NCBI GenBank assembly: GCA_014378705.1
Contig: JACMND010000066.1
Location: forward strand, 27,260-91,259
Source: Pedobacter sp.
GTDB lineage: Bacteria > Bacteroidota > Bacteroidia > Sphingobacteriales > Sphingobacteriaceae
DNA: 64,000 nucleotides
Reading direction: 5' to 3'
Position 1 is the stretch's first letter, and the number at the start of each line of letters is the position of its first letter. Below, piece after piece: positions 19,780 through 29,100 of this stretch. A model generated the notes under the pieces. The model was not told the DNA's origin and made no database searches. It was given only the letters and a program-made list of their open reading frames with translations. The position numbers were made by a program, and so were the translations under genes.

Positions 19780-20985
19780 TTAAATATTTTTCATAATGGT
19801 ATGTCCCATTTTGTCTCTTTTCGTTTTAAGGTACAATTCGTTGTGTTTGTTAGATTCAATTTCAATTGGCACATTTCCAGTCACCTCCAAACCGTAACCA
19901 ATTAAGCCGGCTCTTTTGGTGGGATTGTTAGACATTAGCAACATTTTTTTAACCCCTAAACTTCTTAACATTTGGGCGCCTATACCGTAATCCCGTTGGT
20001 CCATTTTAAAGCCTAATTGAATATTTGCGTCTACCGTATCAAAACCGTTTTCCTGTAAATTATAGGCATGAAGCTTGTTAATTAGCCCAATACCGCGTCC
20101 TTCCTGATTCATGTAAATAATAATTCCTTTACCGGCTTCTTCAATCATTTCCATGGCCTTATGAAGTTGAGGGCCGCAATCACAACGGCATGAACCAAAA
20201 ATATCACCTGTTATGCATGAACTATGTACTCTAACTAAAATAGGCTCATCAGGTTCCCAACTACCCTTTATGAGCGCCAAATGCTGTTCTCCGGTATTAA
20301 TTTGAGTATACGCAACCATCTCAAAATCACCCCAATCAGTTGGTAATTTAACAGATACTTCTTTTTTAATTAAAGATTCGGTATTTAAACGATAGGATAT
20401 TAGGTCTTCTATAGATATAATTTTTAGATCAAATTGCTTGGATATAGTCAGTAAATCAGGCAAACGGGCCATTTCACCGTCTTCATTCATAATTTCCACA
20501 ATCACTCCCGCCGGTTCAAAACCGGCAAGCCTAGCCAAATCTACTGCTGCCTCTGTATGGCCTGCCCTACGCAAAACTCCGCCCTTTTTTGCTCTTAATG
20601 GAAATATATGCCCGGGACGACCCAATTCTTCTGATTTTGTTTTAGGATTAGTTAAAGCTAAAATAGTTTTAGAACGGTCAGAAGCTGAAATTCCTGTGGT
20701 GCATCCGTGTCCAATAAGGTCAACTGAAACCGTAAAATTTGTTTCGTGTGTGGCAGTATTGCGTCCAACCATCAAATCCAAATGCAATTCGTCACAACGC
20801 TCTTCTGTAATTGGAGCACAAATTAAACCCCGGCCATGTCTGGCCATAAAATTAATTATCTCCGGACTGGCGTTTTCTGCTGCAGTAAGAAAGTCACCTT
20901 CATTTTCACGATCTTCATCATCAACAACGATTACCACTTTACCTGCTCTTATATCAGCTATAGCTTCTTCTATGGTATTTAACAT
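19780..20985 (-). CDS. ribBA: Bifunctional 3,4-dihydroxy-2-butanone-4-phosphate synthase / GTP cyclohydrolase II
   Basis: 401 aa. The DHBP synthase segment is [11 protein letters not shown]; the GTP cyclohydrolase II zinc site is SCRCDCGPQ. Its stop codon abuts the tamB-like stop with zero spacer (TAATTA). Confidence 0.95.
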   Translation of the reverse strand: MLNTIEEAIADIRAGKVVIVVDDEDRENEGDFLTAAENASPEIINFMARHGRGLICAPITEERCDELHLDLMVGRNTATHETNFTVSVDLIGHGCTTGISASDRSKTILALTNPKTKSEELGRPGHIFPLRAKKGGVLRRAGHTEAAVDLARLAGFEPAGVIVEIMNEDGEMARLPDLLTISKQFDLKIISIEDLISYRLNTESLIKKEVSVKLPTDWGDFEMVAYTQINTGEQHLALIKGSWEPDEPILVRVHSSCITGDIFGSCRCDCGPQLHKAMEMIEEAGKGIIIYMNQEGRGIGLINKLHAYNLQENGFDTVDANIQLGFKMDQRDYGIGAQMLRSLGVKKMLLMSNNPTKRAGLIGYGLEVTGNVPIEIESNKHNELYLKTKRDKMGHTIMKNI

Positions 20986-21134
20986 TTAGATTTTTTTTGT
21001 AAGCGGCCTCCAATTACTACAAATCATAATAATTGGTCCGGTTACAAATCTAATTAATTAGTTTGGTAGAGTTTTGCGGTCCACAAGCAATGGGTCAGAC
21101 GATTGCAATAAGAAATAGAACGATACTTTTGATT

Positions 21135-22574
21135 TTATGCCTTTACAGAAAATAACTTTTTAAGCCATTGTTTGTAAAAATCAGGGTCGAAAATTGCAGA
21201 GTCAACTGTGGCTTTATAGGTCAAAAATATGCCCAGAGGAGTTAAAATAATAATCGCAAGCCACATTCCGAAAATTGGCTCCAACGTTCCTTGTTTAACG
21301 AATTTTTCTCCTACCGTAGAAATAATATGGTATAATAAAAAAAATAACACTGACATAACAACCGGCAATCCTAATCCGCCTCTGCGGATGATAGCTCCTA
21401 ATGGAGCGCCAATAAAAAATAGCAATAAACACGAAAACGAGAGAGTAAATTTTTTATGGTATTCTGTAATAAATCCCTTTACCCTATTATTAGTATCGTT
21501 ATTATAGCTTTGTTTTTCATTCATAATCTCCTTTAATGCGCCGACTTGAATTTTAGCGTTTTTTATAGCACTAAGGGTGCTATTTGGTGGAAATAAGTCT
21601 AAAATGTTGTTGTATTTTATTGTTGGCTTACCATTTTTGAGTGGTGTTAATTTGAGATTGTTACTATTAAGATTGTTATAAAAGCCTTTAATATCTCTAA
21701 ATACAGTTGTTTTATTGCTATCAATTTTCATTTGAAAAGAGTCTCTGTAAAAACTAAGTTGTTTTAAGTTTAACATCGCGTAGTTTGATTTAAAAAGATC
21801 TTCATTCGTACGCTGCATCTTAAATCCTGATAAATCAAATTTTTGTTCTGTTTCTTTAAACTTTATTCGCCTAAACTGTTCTCTCGGGTTAAAATTAGTT
21901 CCGCTACCCTGACTTTCTTCATAACGTACGCCATTTTTTAGATATAAAACCAAAGTTTGATCATCGTTGATTCTGAACATACGACCTTCCTTTGCTTTTA
22001 AAACATTATTATTACCATTACTTCCACTGTTATGATCATAAATAATAATATCATTTAATGTCTGCCCATCTTTTCCCAATTTTTTAACACGGATTGAATA
22101 CCCACTAATACTGTTGTTAAATATTCCTTCAGTAATAAGAAAGGACGCTTTTTGATTCCTTACATCATACAGCAAAGAACCCATTTTTAAATTGGCGACA
22201 GGAAGCATGTAATCTGAGAATAAAAAAGCACCGGCGCTGATAAGGCTGATGACAAAAAATAATGGCATCATCGCTTTCTGTAAAGAAATTCCTGCAGATT
22301 TTATAGCAACCAGTTCGTAATTTTCTCCAAGGCTGCCGAAAGTCATTATCGAGGAAAGAAGTATAGCCAACGGCAATGCCATCGCCACATTAGTTGCTGA
22401 GGCATATAAAAGGAGTTCAAGAATTACATACCATTCAAACCCCTTCCCAATCAGATCATCAATGTATTTAAATAAAAATAGCATCAATAAAATGAACATC
22501 ACTATGAAAAAAGTTACTACGAAAGGTCTTAAAAATGCATTTAATACTAACGAATATATTTTTTTCACACGCAA
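21135..22574 (-). CDS. LptF/LptG-family (YjgP/YjgQ) LPS export permease
   Basis: 479 aa with three N-terminal TM helices, a large periplasmic beta-rich insert and three C-terminal TM helices. This topology and length are typical of Bacteroidota LptF/G. Confidence 0.75.
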   Translation of the reverse strand: MRVKKIYSLVLNAFLRPFVVTFFIVMFILLMLFLFKYIDDLIGKGFEWYVILELLLYASATNVAMALPLAILLSSIMTFGSLGENYELVAIKSAGISLQKAMMPLFFVISLISAGAFLFSDYMLPVANLKMGSLLYDVRNQKASFLITEGIFNNSISGYSIRVKKLGKDGQTLNDIIIYDHNSGSNGNNNVLKAKEGRMFRINDDQTLVLYLKNGVRYEESQGSGTNFNPREQFRRIKFKETEQKFDLSGFKMQRTNEDLFKSNYAMLNLKQLSFYRDSFQMKIDSNKTTVFRDIKGFYNNLNSNNLKLTPLKNGKPTIKYNNILDLFPPNSTLSAIKNAKIQVGALKEIMNEKQSYNNDTNNRVKGFITEYHKKFTLSFSCLLLFFIGAPLGAIIRRGGLGLPVVMSVLFFLLYHIISTVGEKFVKQGTLEPIFGMWLAIIILTPLGIFLTYKATVDSAIFDPDFYKQWLKKLFSVKA

Positions 22575-22591
22575 AAATAGGGAATTAACCC

Positions 22592-22987
22592 TTAAGCGCC
22601 TAAAACACCAATCAAATATTGTATTTGATTATCCCAAATAAGCCTTCGATCCTGGATGCTATCTTCAGTTGCAAAATCAGTAATTGAAAGAGCCACATCA
22701 TTAGTCAACTCGTCTTGCAAAATTTCCATTTCAAAATAACAATGGGGCTCATCATCCAAAAACTTAAACTTTACAAGCTTATTATCTTTCATTGAAAGAA
22801 GCTTTGCTTTTTGTGTTTCTCCGTCCCACGTAAAAGTATAAATTTGGTCACGGTAGGATACATCATCCGCAAACCATTGAGCAAGGCCGTTAGGTTCGTT
22901 TAAAAAGCCAAATAAAATCTTTGGTGACGAATTCACTTCGTACTCCATACTGAACTTTTTCTTTTCTAGCATTAGGGGTAATTTCAA
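22592..22987 (-). CDS. START-like/SRPBCC-fold small protein
   Basis: 131 aa. The segment PKILFGFLNEPNGLAQWFADDV...YTFTWDG resembles the START-like domain proteins of Bacteroidota; this rests on recollection. Confidence 0.6.
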   Translation of the reverse strand: MKLPLMLEKKKFSMEYEVNSSPKILFGFLNEPNGLAQWFADDVSYRDQIYTFTWDGETQKAKLLSMKDNKLVKFKFLDDEPHCYFEMEILQDELTNDVALSITDFATEDSIQDRRLIWDNQIQYLIGVLGA

Positions 22988-23074
22988 TTAATTTATCAAG
23001 GAAAAAATGCTTTTTCTTCCTAAAGAAAAGTATTTTCCGCTATATTTGCAACTCTCATTAAATACCTACTGTAC

Positions 23075-23148
23075 GGCGGGGTAGCTCAGATGGTTAGAGC
23101 GCAGGATTCATAACCCTGAGGTCGGCAGTTCGATCCTGCTTCCCGCTA
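23075..23148 (+). tRNA. tRNA-Met: tRNA-Met (anticodon CAT), elongator-like; a lysidine-modified tRNA-Ile2 cannot be excluded
   Basis: 74-nt cloverleaf. Acceptor stem GGCGGGG/TCCCGCT has G1-U72 and G7-U66 wobbles. D arm is GCTC-AGATGGTTA-GAGC. Anticodon arm is CAGGA-TTCATAA-CCCTG with an A31/C39 mismatch. T arm is GGCAG-TTCGATC-CTGCT. No CCA is encoded, and there is no C1xA72 initiator signature. Confidence 0.93.
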
Positions 23149-23151
23149 CTT

Positions 23152-23172
23152 AAAAGCCCTAAATGGGCTTTT
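23152..23172 (+). terminator. Hairpin terminator after the tRNA
   Basis: AAAAGCCC - TAAAT - GGGCTTTT, followed by CTG. Confidence 0.6.
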
Positions 23173-23277
23173 CTGCTAATTGTGGAATATAACAATTTTA
23201 CTTTTATTAGATCATCAATTAAACTATATTTTGCCAGGAAAGATTGAGTTTCCGCAATAGCGATAAAAACCACCTAT

Positions 23278-23943
23278 ATGGAGAATGAAGATGAAATAAA
23301 ACCCGTTTTATTTTGCATTCCTGACATAACCGGCTTTACCAGATTTATAGCTACTGCTGATATAAATTATTCAAAGGAGGTTATTCCAATGCTACTAAGA
23401 AAATTAATTGACGCCAATATCATCAAAATGAATGTTGGAGAGATTGAGGGCGACGCTATCTTTTTTTATAAAAATGGCAGACTACCATCCGTGAGTAAAG
23501 TTGCTGAGCAATGCAAACACTTGTATATGACTTTCTCAAATTTTCTTGTTGACTTAAAAAAAAATAATCCTGTCAACTACGAAAAATACTTAGGTGATAA
23601 CCAATTGGGTTTAAAAATAATAATTCACTACGGCCACATTAGTTTTTCTAATATTAAAGGCCGTGTTAAGTTACTTGGTCAGGACGTAATTATTGCGCAC
23701 AAGCTACTTAAAAATGGTATTAATGAAAATAATTATATTCTATTAACAGAAAAATACCTTTCAAAAATTAGAAACAGGCAAAAATTGCAACAATCATTTC
23801 ATTGGGAAGAACTTCATTCTGGCAGTGAAAAGTATGAGTTTATTGGTGAAGTAAAATACAGATATATTACCCTTGATGAAATGCACTTTATGGACGATGT
23901 TGAATTAATTTCCGGGTTGAAAATTAATAGGATAAAATCATAA
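23278..23943 (+). CDS. Class III nucleotidyl-cyclase-fold protein (DUF2652-like)
   Basis: 221 aa with FCIPDITGFT and EIEGDAIFFY, the two metal-Asp segments of the cyclase homology domain. LKIIIHYGH...GQDVIIAHKLLK corresponds to the G-x-G...VNxAxR segment but has I and K at the canonical N and R positions. Confidence 0.65.
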   Translation: MENEDEIKPVLFCIPDITGFTRFIATADINYSKEVIPMLLRKLIDANIIKMNVGEIEGDAIFFYKNGRLPSVSKVAEQCKHLYMTFSNFLVDLKKNNPVNYEKYLGDNQLGLKIIIHYGHISFSNIKGRVKLLGQDVIIAHKLLKNGINENNYILLTEKYLSKIRNRQKLQQSFHWEELHSGSEKYEFIGEVKYRYITLDEMHFMDDVELISGLKINRIKS

Positions 23944-25105
23944 TTACAACAAAACCAACCGCACTTCCAATCATTCCTCCCATAAAAATATTATAAGACC
24001 AGGTTAAAAACCTGTATTTTCTTACCAAAACACTTCCAAGATGATAAATATCAACAGACATATTATCGTATAACTCTTGTTTGTGATCTTTTAAAACTTT
24101 AATCCGCTCCACAAACTCCTTGATTTGTAAGTGTGCAAAATTGCCGAAAAACAAAATGCTACTATCTTTCTTACTCAACTCATATTTTTCTTTAGAGGTA
24201 ACATTTGGCCTTGCAGATATGATGGCAAAAACAACAGCAAGTAAACTTGATAATAGCAAAAAAGCCATTGGGAAAACAAAACGGATACTCTCTACTCCGC
24301 CGTCAGAAGAAAATACAAAACCTGTTCCAAATAAAGTAATGACAAGGGAGATGATAATGGTGTTAATACTGATCATAATATTGGCCTTATTATCAGCAAT
24401 TGAGGTGAGGTTTATGTGATTATCATAAACTGATCGATACAAAGTTTCTATACCTCTGCCTTCTTTTTTGGGTTTTGCATTTTTTTTCTCATTCTCTGCA
24501 GTTTCGGTATCACTAAGTTTCTTAATCTTTGCATGTTGTTTTCTGATGTTTATCTCTCTTCGCACATTTAATGTTGCAATGGCTTTTTCAGTTTTAAAAT
24601 TTGTTTCAATTAAAAATTGCAATTGAACCTGTGCCCATTCCAATTCAGTATATTTTTTTTGGAGTATTCTCTCCCACTCAATCCGCAAAAGATCAGCACG
24701 ATGATTAAATTTTTTTGTTCCAAGATTTGTATAGTCGGCATCACTTAAAATTTCCTGTAAAGATCCATCTGTTTTTGCTTTATGTTTAGTTGATAAGATC
24801 AGGGTTTCTATTTCTGCAATATCATCATCCGGATAATTGCCTATTAAATATGACTTCATGATAATGATACTGGCTTCTTCGTGATCTTCATAAGTTTCTA
24901 CATAACCAGTATCATGAAACCAGGCAGCCAGCATCAAAACTTCCAAGTCCCGGCTGGTTAGATTATAAGATTTAGCCAGACGTTTACACGCTTTTACTGT
25001 TTCTAATGTATGCGTGTAGTTATGATAAACGTAATCAGCCTTTAATTTCTCTTTAAATAAATTAAATACATATTCCGAAACATCTTTAATCATTTGCCGA
25101 CTCAT
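23924..25105 (-). CDS. HD-domain phosphohydrolase fused to a C-terminal multi-TM domain resembling the Pycsar effector (PycTM/DUF5706-like) module
   Basis: 393 aa. HD motifs are YHNYTH, AAWFHDTGY and SDADY, followed by a Lys-rich linker. The C-terminal module has predicted TM helices NIMISINTIIISLVITLFGTGFVF, FVFPMAFLLLSSLLAVVFAIISA and IFMGGMIGSAVGFVVIMILSY. Its 3' end overlaps the convergent cyclase-like gene by 20 bp. Confidence 0.65.
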   Translation of the reverse strand: MSRQMIKDVSEYVFNLFKEKLKADYVYHNYTHTLETVKACKRLAKSYNLTSRDLEVLMLAAWFHDTGYVETYEDHEEASIIIMKSYLIGNYPDDDIAEIETLILSTKHKAKTDGSLQEILSDADYTNLGTKKFNHRADLLRIEWERILQKKYTELEWAQVQLQFLIETNFKTEKAIATLNVRREINIRKQHAKIKKLSDTETAENEKKNAKPKKEGRGIETLYRSVYDNHINLTSIADNKANIMISINTIIISLVITLFGTGFVFSSDGGVESIRFVFPMAFLLLSSLLAVVFAIISARPNVTSKEKYELSKKDSSILFFGNFAHLQIKEFVERIKVLKDHKQELYDNMSVDIYHLGSVLVRKYRFLTWSYNIFMGGMIGSAVGFVVIMILSY

Positions 25106-25211
25106 TATTATTTTTTGTAATTCTTACTTAATATATAAAACTGTGCCACCTTTCAGTTGTAAACCATGCACTCTGGTATGATTATGGTATTCTATTAATA
25201 AAAAAATTGGT

Positions 25212-26129
25212 ATGAATAAACTTGCAATACTCTTTGTAATCCTAGCTTTAACTTCATGCAATAACCCTTTACAAGAGAATGATTATAATTCTAAAAATAA
25301 AAAAATATTGAATCAAGTTGACCAACCAAAAAATCTAAAAGTGCACGAACTTCCCTCTAAATTAGTAGAAATATCTGGCATTAGTTTTTTGAATAACGAT
25401 ACGTTTTTTGCAATTCAGGACGAAGATGGAATATTATATGAATATAATTTAACCGAAAATAAGATTATAAACGAATTCCAATTTGGCCAGGCTGATGATT
25501 ACGAAGATGTTGTTATCGTAAAGGAGGATGTGTTTATAGTTATAAGTAATGGAACCATTATCAGAATTAGAGATTATCGTTCAGATAACAGAGTAATAAG
25601 TAAATTTAAAACTTCATTAAATAAAAAGAACGATATCGAAGGTTTAACGTTCCAACCGCTTAAAAATCGTTTGTTGTTAGCCGCAAAGGAAGGAGGTCTT
25701 AATCATGATAAAAAAGAGGTTGTTAAGGATATTTACGCATTTGATTTGAATACGATGGAATTAATAGAAAAACCGGTCTATTCAATTAAATTAAATGAAA
25801 TTGAGGAGTATTTTAAAGGAGATGCTTTAATGGAAAGCTCCAGAAAATTCTTAAAAGCTGTAGGTAACAGCAACATGAACAAAATTTTTAAATCATCCGC
25901 AATTACGGTACACCCACAAAATAATACCATTTTTATACTATCATCCATCAATAAACTTATTGCGGTTTTATCAACTGAAGGAAAACTGGTAAGAATAATT
26001 AAGTTTGAAGGAAAGGAGTTTACACAACCTGAAGGAATTTCATTTTCAAAAAATGGAAAACTTTATGTTTCAAATGAAGGCGGAAAACAAGGTATTGGAA
26101 ATGTTATTGAATTAGAATATGCAAATTAA
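25212..26129 (+). CDS. SdiA-regulated/YjiK-like beta-propeller lipoprotein
   Basis: 305 aa with the lipoprotein signal LALTSC. LPSKLVEISGISFLNNDTFFAIQDEDGILYEYNL and the C-terminal EGISFSKNGKLYVSNEGG are typical of the SdiA-regulated family. It overlaps the next ORF by 11 nt. Confidence 0.75.
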   Translation: MNKLAILFVILALTSCNNPLQENDYNSKNKKILNQVDQPKNLKVHELPSKLVEISGISFLNNDTFFAIQDEDGILYEYNLTENKIINEFQFGQADDYEDVVIVKEDVFIVISNGTIIRIRDYRSDNRVISKFKTSLNKKNDIEGLTFQPLKNRLLLAAKEGGLNHDKKEVVKDIYAFDLNTMELIEKPVYSIKLNEIEEYFKGDALMESSRKFLKAVGNSNMNKIFKSSAITVHPQNNTIFILSSINKLIAVLSTEGKLVRIIKFEGKEFTQPEGISFSKNGKLYVSNEGGKQGIGNVIELEYAN

Positions 26130-29100
26130 ATTTTTTCCGTTTGCGTTGCTATTTCTTTCATGTATTTTTTTCCAGGGTTGTACCAGTTTAAAACCATTTT
26201 ATGATAAATCCCAAAAAAAGTGGGAAGCTTCTCACCCACCAGACAGTTCAAAATTAAAATATTCGGTTTTCCTGATCGGCGATGCCGGTAATCCTGACAA
26301 GGATAAACAAGAACCGGTTTTAAAACTTTTGCAATCTCAGTTATTTCCCAAAGATACATTGGTTACCGCCGGCACTGTTTCAGATACGGTTTTTATAAAT
26401 TCTTCTCACCCGGAAGATGTGGTGATATTTCTTGGCGACAACATTTACGAGAGAGGCTTACCTGAAGAAAACGCTTCAGACCGAAAAGAGAAAGAGCGGC
26501 GTATTATATCACAAATGAACGTTGTAAAAAATTTTAAAGGCCGAAGTATAATTATTCCCGGGAATCATGACTGGAATGAAAGCAGTCCCGGCGGTTTAGA
26601 GGCAATAAACAGACAGGAAGCATTTATACAGCACTATCTGGATAGTGCAGATGTATTCTTGCCAAGCAATGGTTGCGGAGGCCCGGTAGAAATTCAGCTA
26701 AATAAAGATCTTGTTGTTATTGTTGTTGATTCTGAGTGGTGGCTCACAAAATATGATAAACCTTTAGCTCCGGATAATGGTTGCAGTGCTGCAAGCCGAC
26801 TTGATTTGATCCAGCAGGTAGAGGATATTGTGATAAGAAATCGTGGTAAAAATATTGTTTATGCTCAGCATCACCCACTTTACAGTAATGGCAGGCATGG
26901 TGGTAATTTTACTTTAAAAGATTATGTTTTTCCCCTAACACTGGTGCGGGATAATTGGTATGTTCCTCTGCCTGTAATTGGTTCCATTTATCCTCTACTT
27001 AGGCAATATGGCGTTTCAAGGCAAGACTTATCAAATAAAGATTACCAGCAACTTAAACGTGGATTGTTATCTGTTTTTGAAGAGCAAAAAAATGTGGTCA
27101 TCGCTGCAGGACATGAGCATGCGCTGCAACTTAACAAATACAAAAATATAAACCACATCATCAGCGGAGCAGGAAGTAAATCAACTTCTATGGCCAAAGG
27201 AAAAAACGCATTGTTTGCCCATGGTGGTGGGGGCTCTAAAGGTTTCGCCCGCCTTAATTATTATGATAATGGTCAATGTTGGGTAGAATTTTGGGAACCC
27301 ATAGGGGATGGTTCCACCGGGAAAGTCATTTTCAGAAACCCGTTGTATGCCATTCCTCCTAAAAATAAAGAAGAGATAAAAGAAGAAAAGCTCATTAGCT
27401 ATAAAGACAGCACCAGAACAGTGGTTGCCGGAAGTGATTATCAAGCCGGAAAATTAAAAAGATGGTTGTTTGGCGAACACTACCGCGACACTTGGGCAAC
27501 CCCTATAAACATTAAATATTTAGATCTTTCAGTATTTGCAGGAGGCTTAACACCTGTAAAAATGGGAGGTGGAAAACAAACTACCAGTTTACAGCTTGAG
27601 GGAAAAGACGGTAACTTATATCAATTTAGAACAGTTGACAAAGATCCCGCCGCACTCTTGCCGGAAGGATTTTTAAAAACTTTTGCTGAGGATTTGGTTC
27701 AGGATCAAATTTCATCTGCCCATCCTTATGGTGCATTAATTATTCCTGTTATGGCAAAAGCAATTGGAATATACCATACAAATCCGCAATTAGTGTATAT
27801 GCCATTTTCAACTCTGCTTGGTCCGTATATACAACAGGTAGGTGGGAAACTAGGAATTATTGAAGCACGTCCGGATGAAGATGTCTCTGATTTTAAGTCT
27901 TTCGGAAACGCGAAAAATGCGGTAAGTACTGCAAAAATGTACAAAGAGGTGCAGAGAGACAATGATAATGAGGTTGATCAGGAAATGTTTTTAAGAGCCC
28001 GTCTTTTTGATTTGTTAATTGGAGATTGGGACAGACATGAAGATCAGTGGCGATGGGCTGAGTTTAAAAAAACTAAAGGCACTTTGTTTAGGCCGATTCC
28101 AAGAGATCGTGATCAGGCTTTTACAAAATTTGACGGCATCATTCCAAGCCTGGTTAGTAAGGTTTTTCCAGATATACAATCTTTTAAAGATCAAATCAAA
28201 AACCCTGTAGATCTGTCTATTGCCTCCAGAAATTTAGATAGAAACCTGTTAAATAAATTATCATTGGATAAATGGAAAGAAACAGCAAAGGATATTGAAA
28301 TAAAGTTAACTGATGCGGTTATTGAACAAGCAGTTGCTGCAATGCCAGTAGAAGTGTTTAAAAACTCCGGCCAGGAAATTATTACAAAATTAAAATCCCG
28401 TCGTGCGCAACTAACCAAGGCCGCAGAGGAATATTACAAGGAGCTTGCTAAAGAAACTTCAATCGCAGGCTCTGATAAAAAGGAATTTATTTTGGTTAAC
28501 CGGCAATCAGAAAGCACTCATGTAACGATTTATAAAATTGATAAGGACGAGAAATTGGATAATAAAATTTATGATCGTGTTTTCGATAACAATCAAACTA
28601 AAGAAATTAATTTGTACGCTTTAAGCGGACTAGACAGTATTATTATTACAGGTTATTCCCTTAATGCCATAAAAATCCGGATAGTTGGCGGTGAAGGAAA
28701 TGATGCTTTTGCTGATCAGGCAACAAATGGCCGCACACTCTATTATGATTTAAATACAGAACAAAATAATATTAATAAAGGTAAAAACACGGCTTTAAGA
28801 CTTTCCAGCAAAAGCTGGATCAACAAATACGATCCAAACTCATTTGCTTACGATAAAGTAGGCGCAAAACCTTTTCTTGATTTCAATTCAGATGACGGTA
28901 TTTTTATTGGAGGTGGTTTCGGCATAAAACATTTTGGCTTCAGAAAAGAACCATATAGTTATGACCAAAGCTTGGTTGGTAATTACGCTCCTAAAACAGG
29001 TGCACATGTAATTCGCTATAAGGCCAATTTTTATTCTTTATTCGCAAGAAATTTTGATGTACTGCTCAATGCACAATACAATGGACCGCTTTATACATTT

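Noticed and set aside
19777-19782. Zero-length convergent junction (TAATTA) between the tamB-like gene and ribBA, considered as a possible mis-call of one gene
   Set aside because: Both ORFs are long and well supported up to their stops. Back-to-back stops are unusual but do not indicate an error or a feature by themselves.
20438-20989. 183-aa ORF on the + strand
   Set aside because: It lies entirely antisense to the strongly supported ribBA gene. The sequence is low-complexity and Ser/Pro/Ala-rich, typical of a shadow frame.
20986-21134. Possible FMN riboswitch upstream of ribBA
   Set aside because: I reverse-complemented the 149-bp spacer and looked for the conserved FMN-element segments (GGGTGAAATTCC, CCGGCGGTA, CCGACAGT, GGATGGGAGAAG-like). 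None is present; there is only an AT-rich hairpin (CCAATTA...TAATTGG).
23075-26129. A tRNA-adjacent genomic island or prophage remnant
   Set aside because: There is no integrase, no transposase, no direct repeat of the tRNA 3' end and no phage genes downstream of tRNA-Met. The flanking genes are ordinary chromosomal genes.
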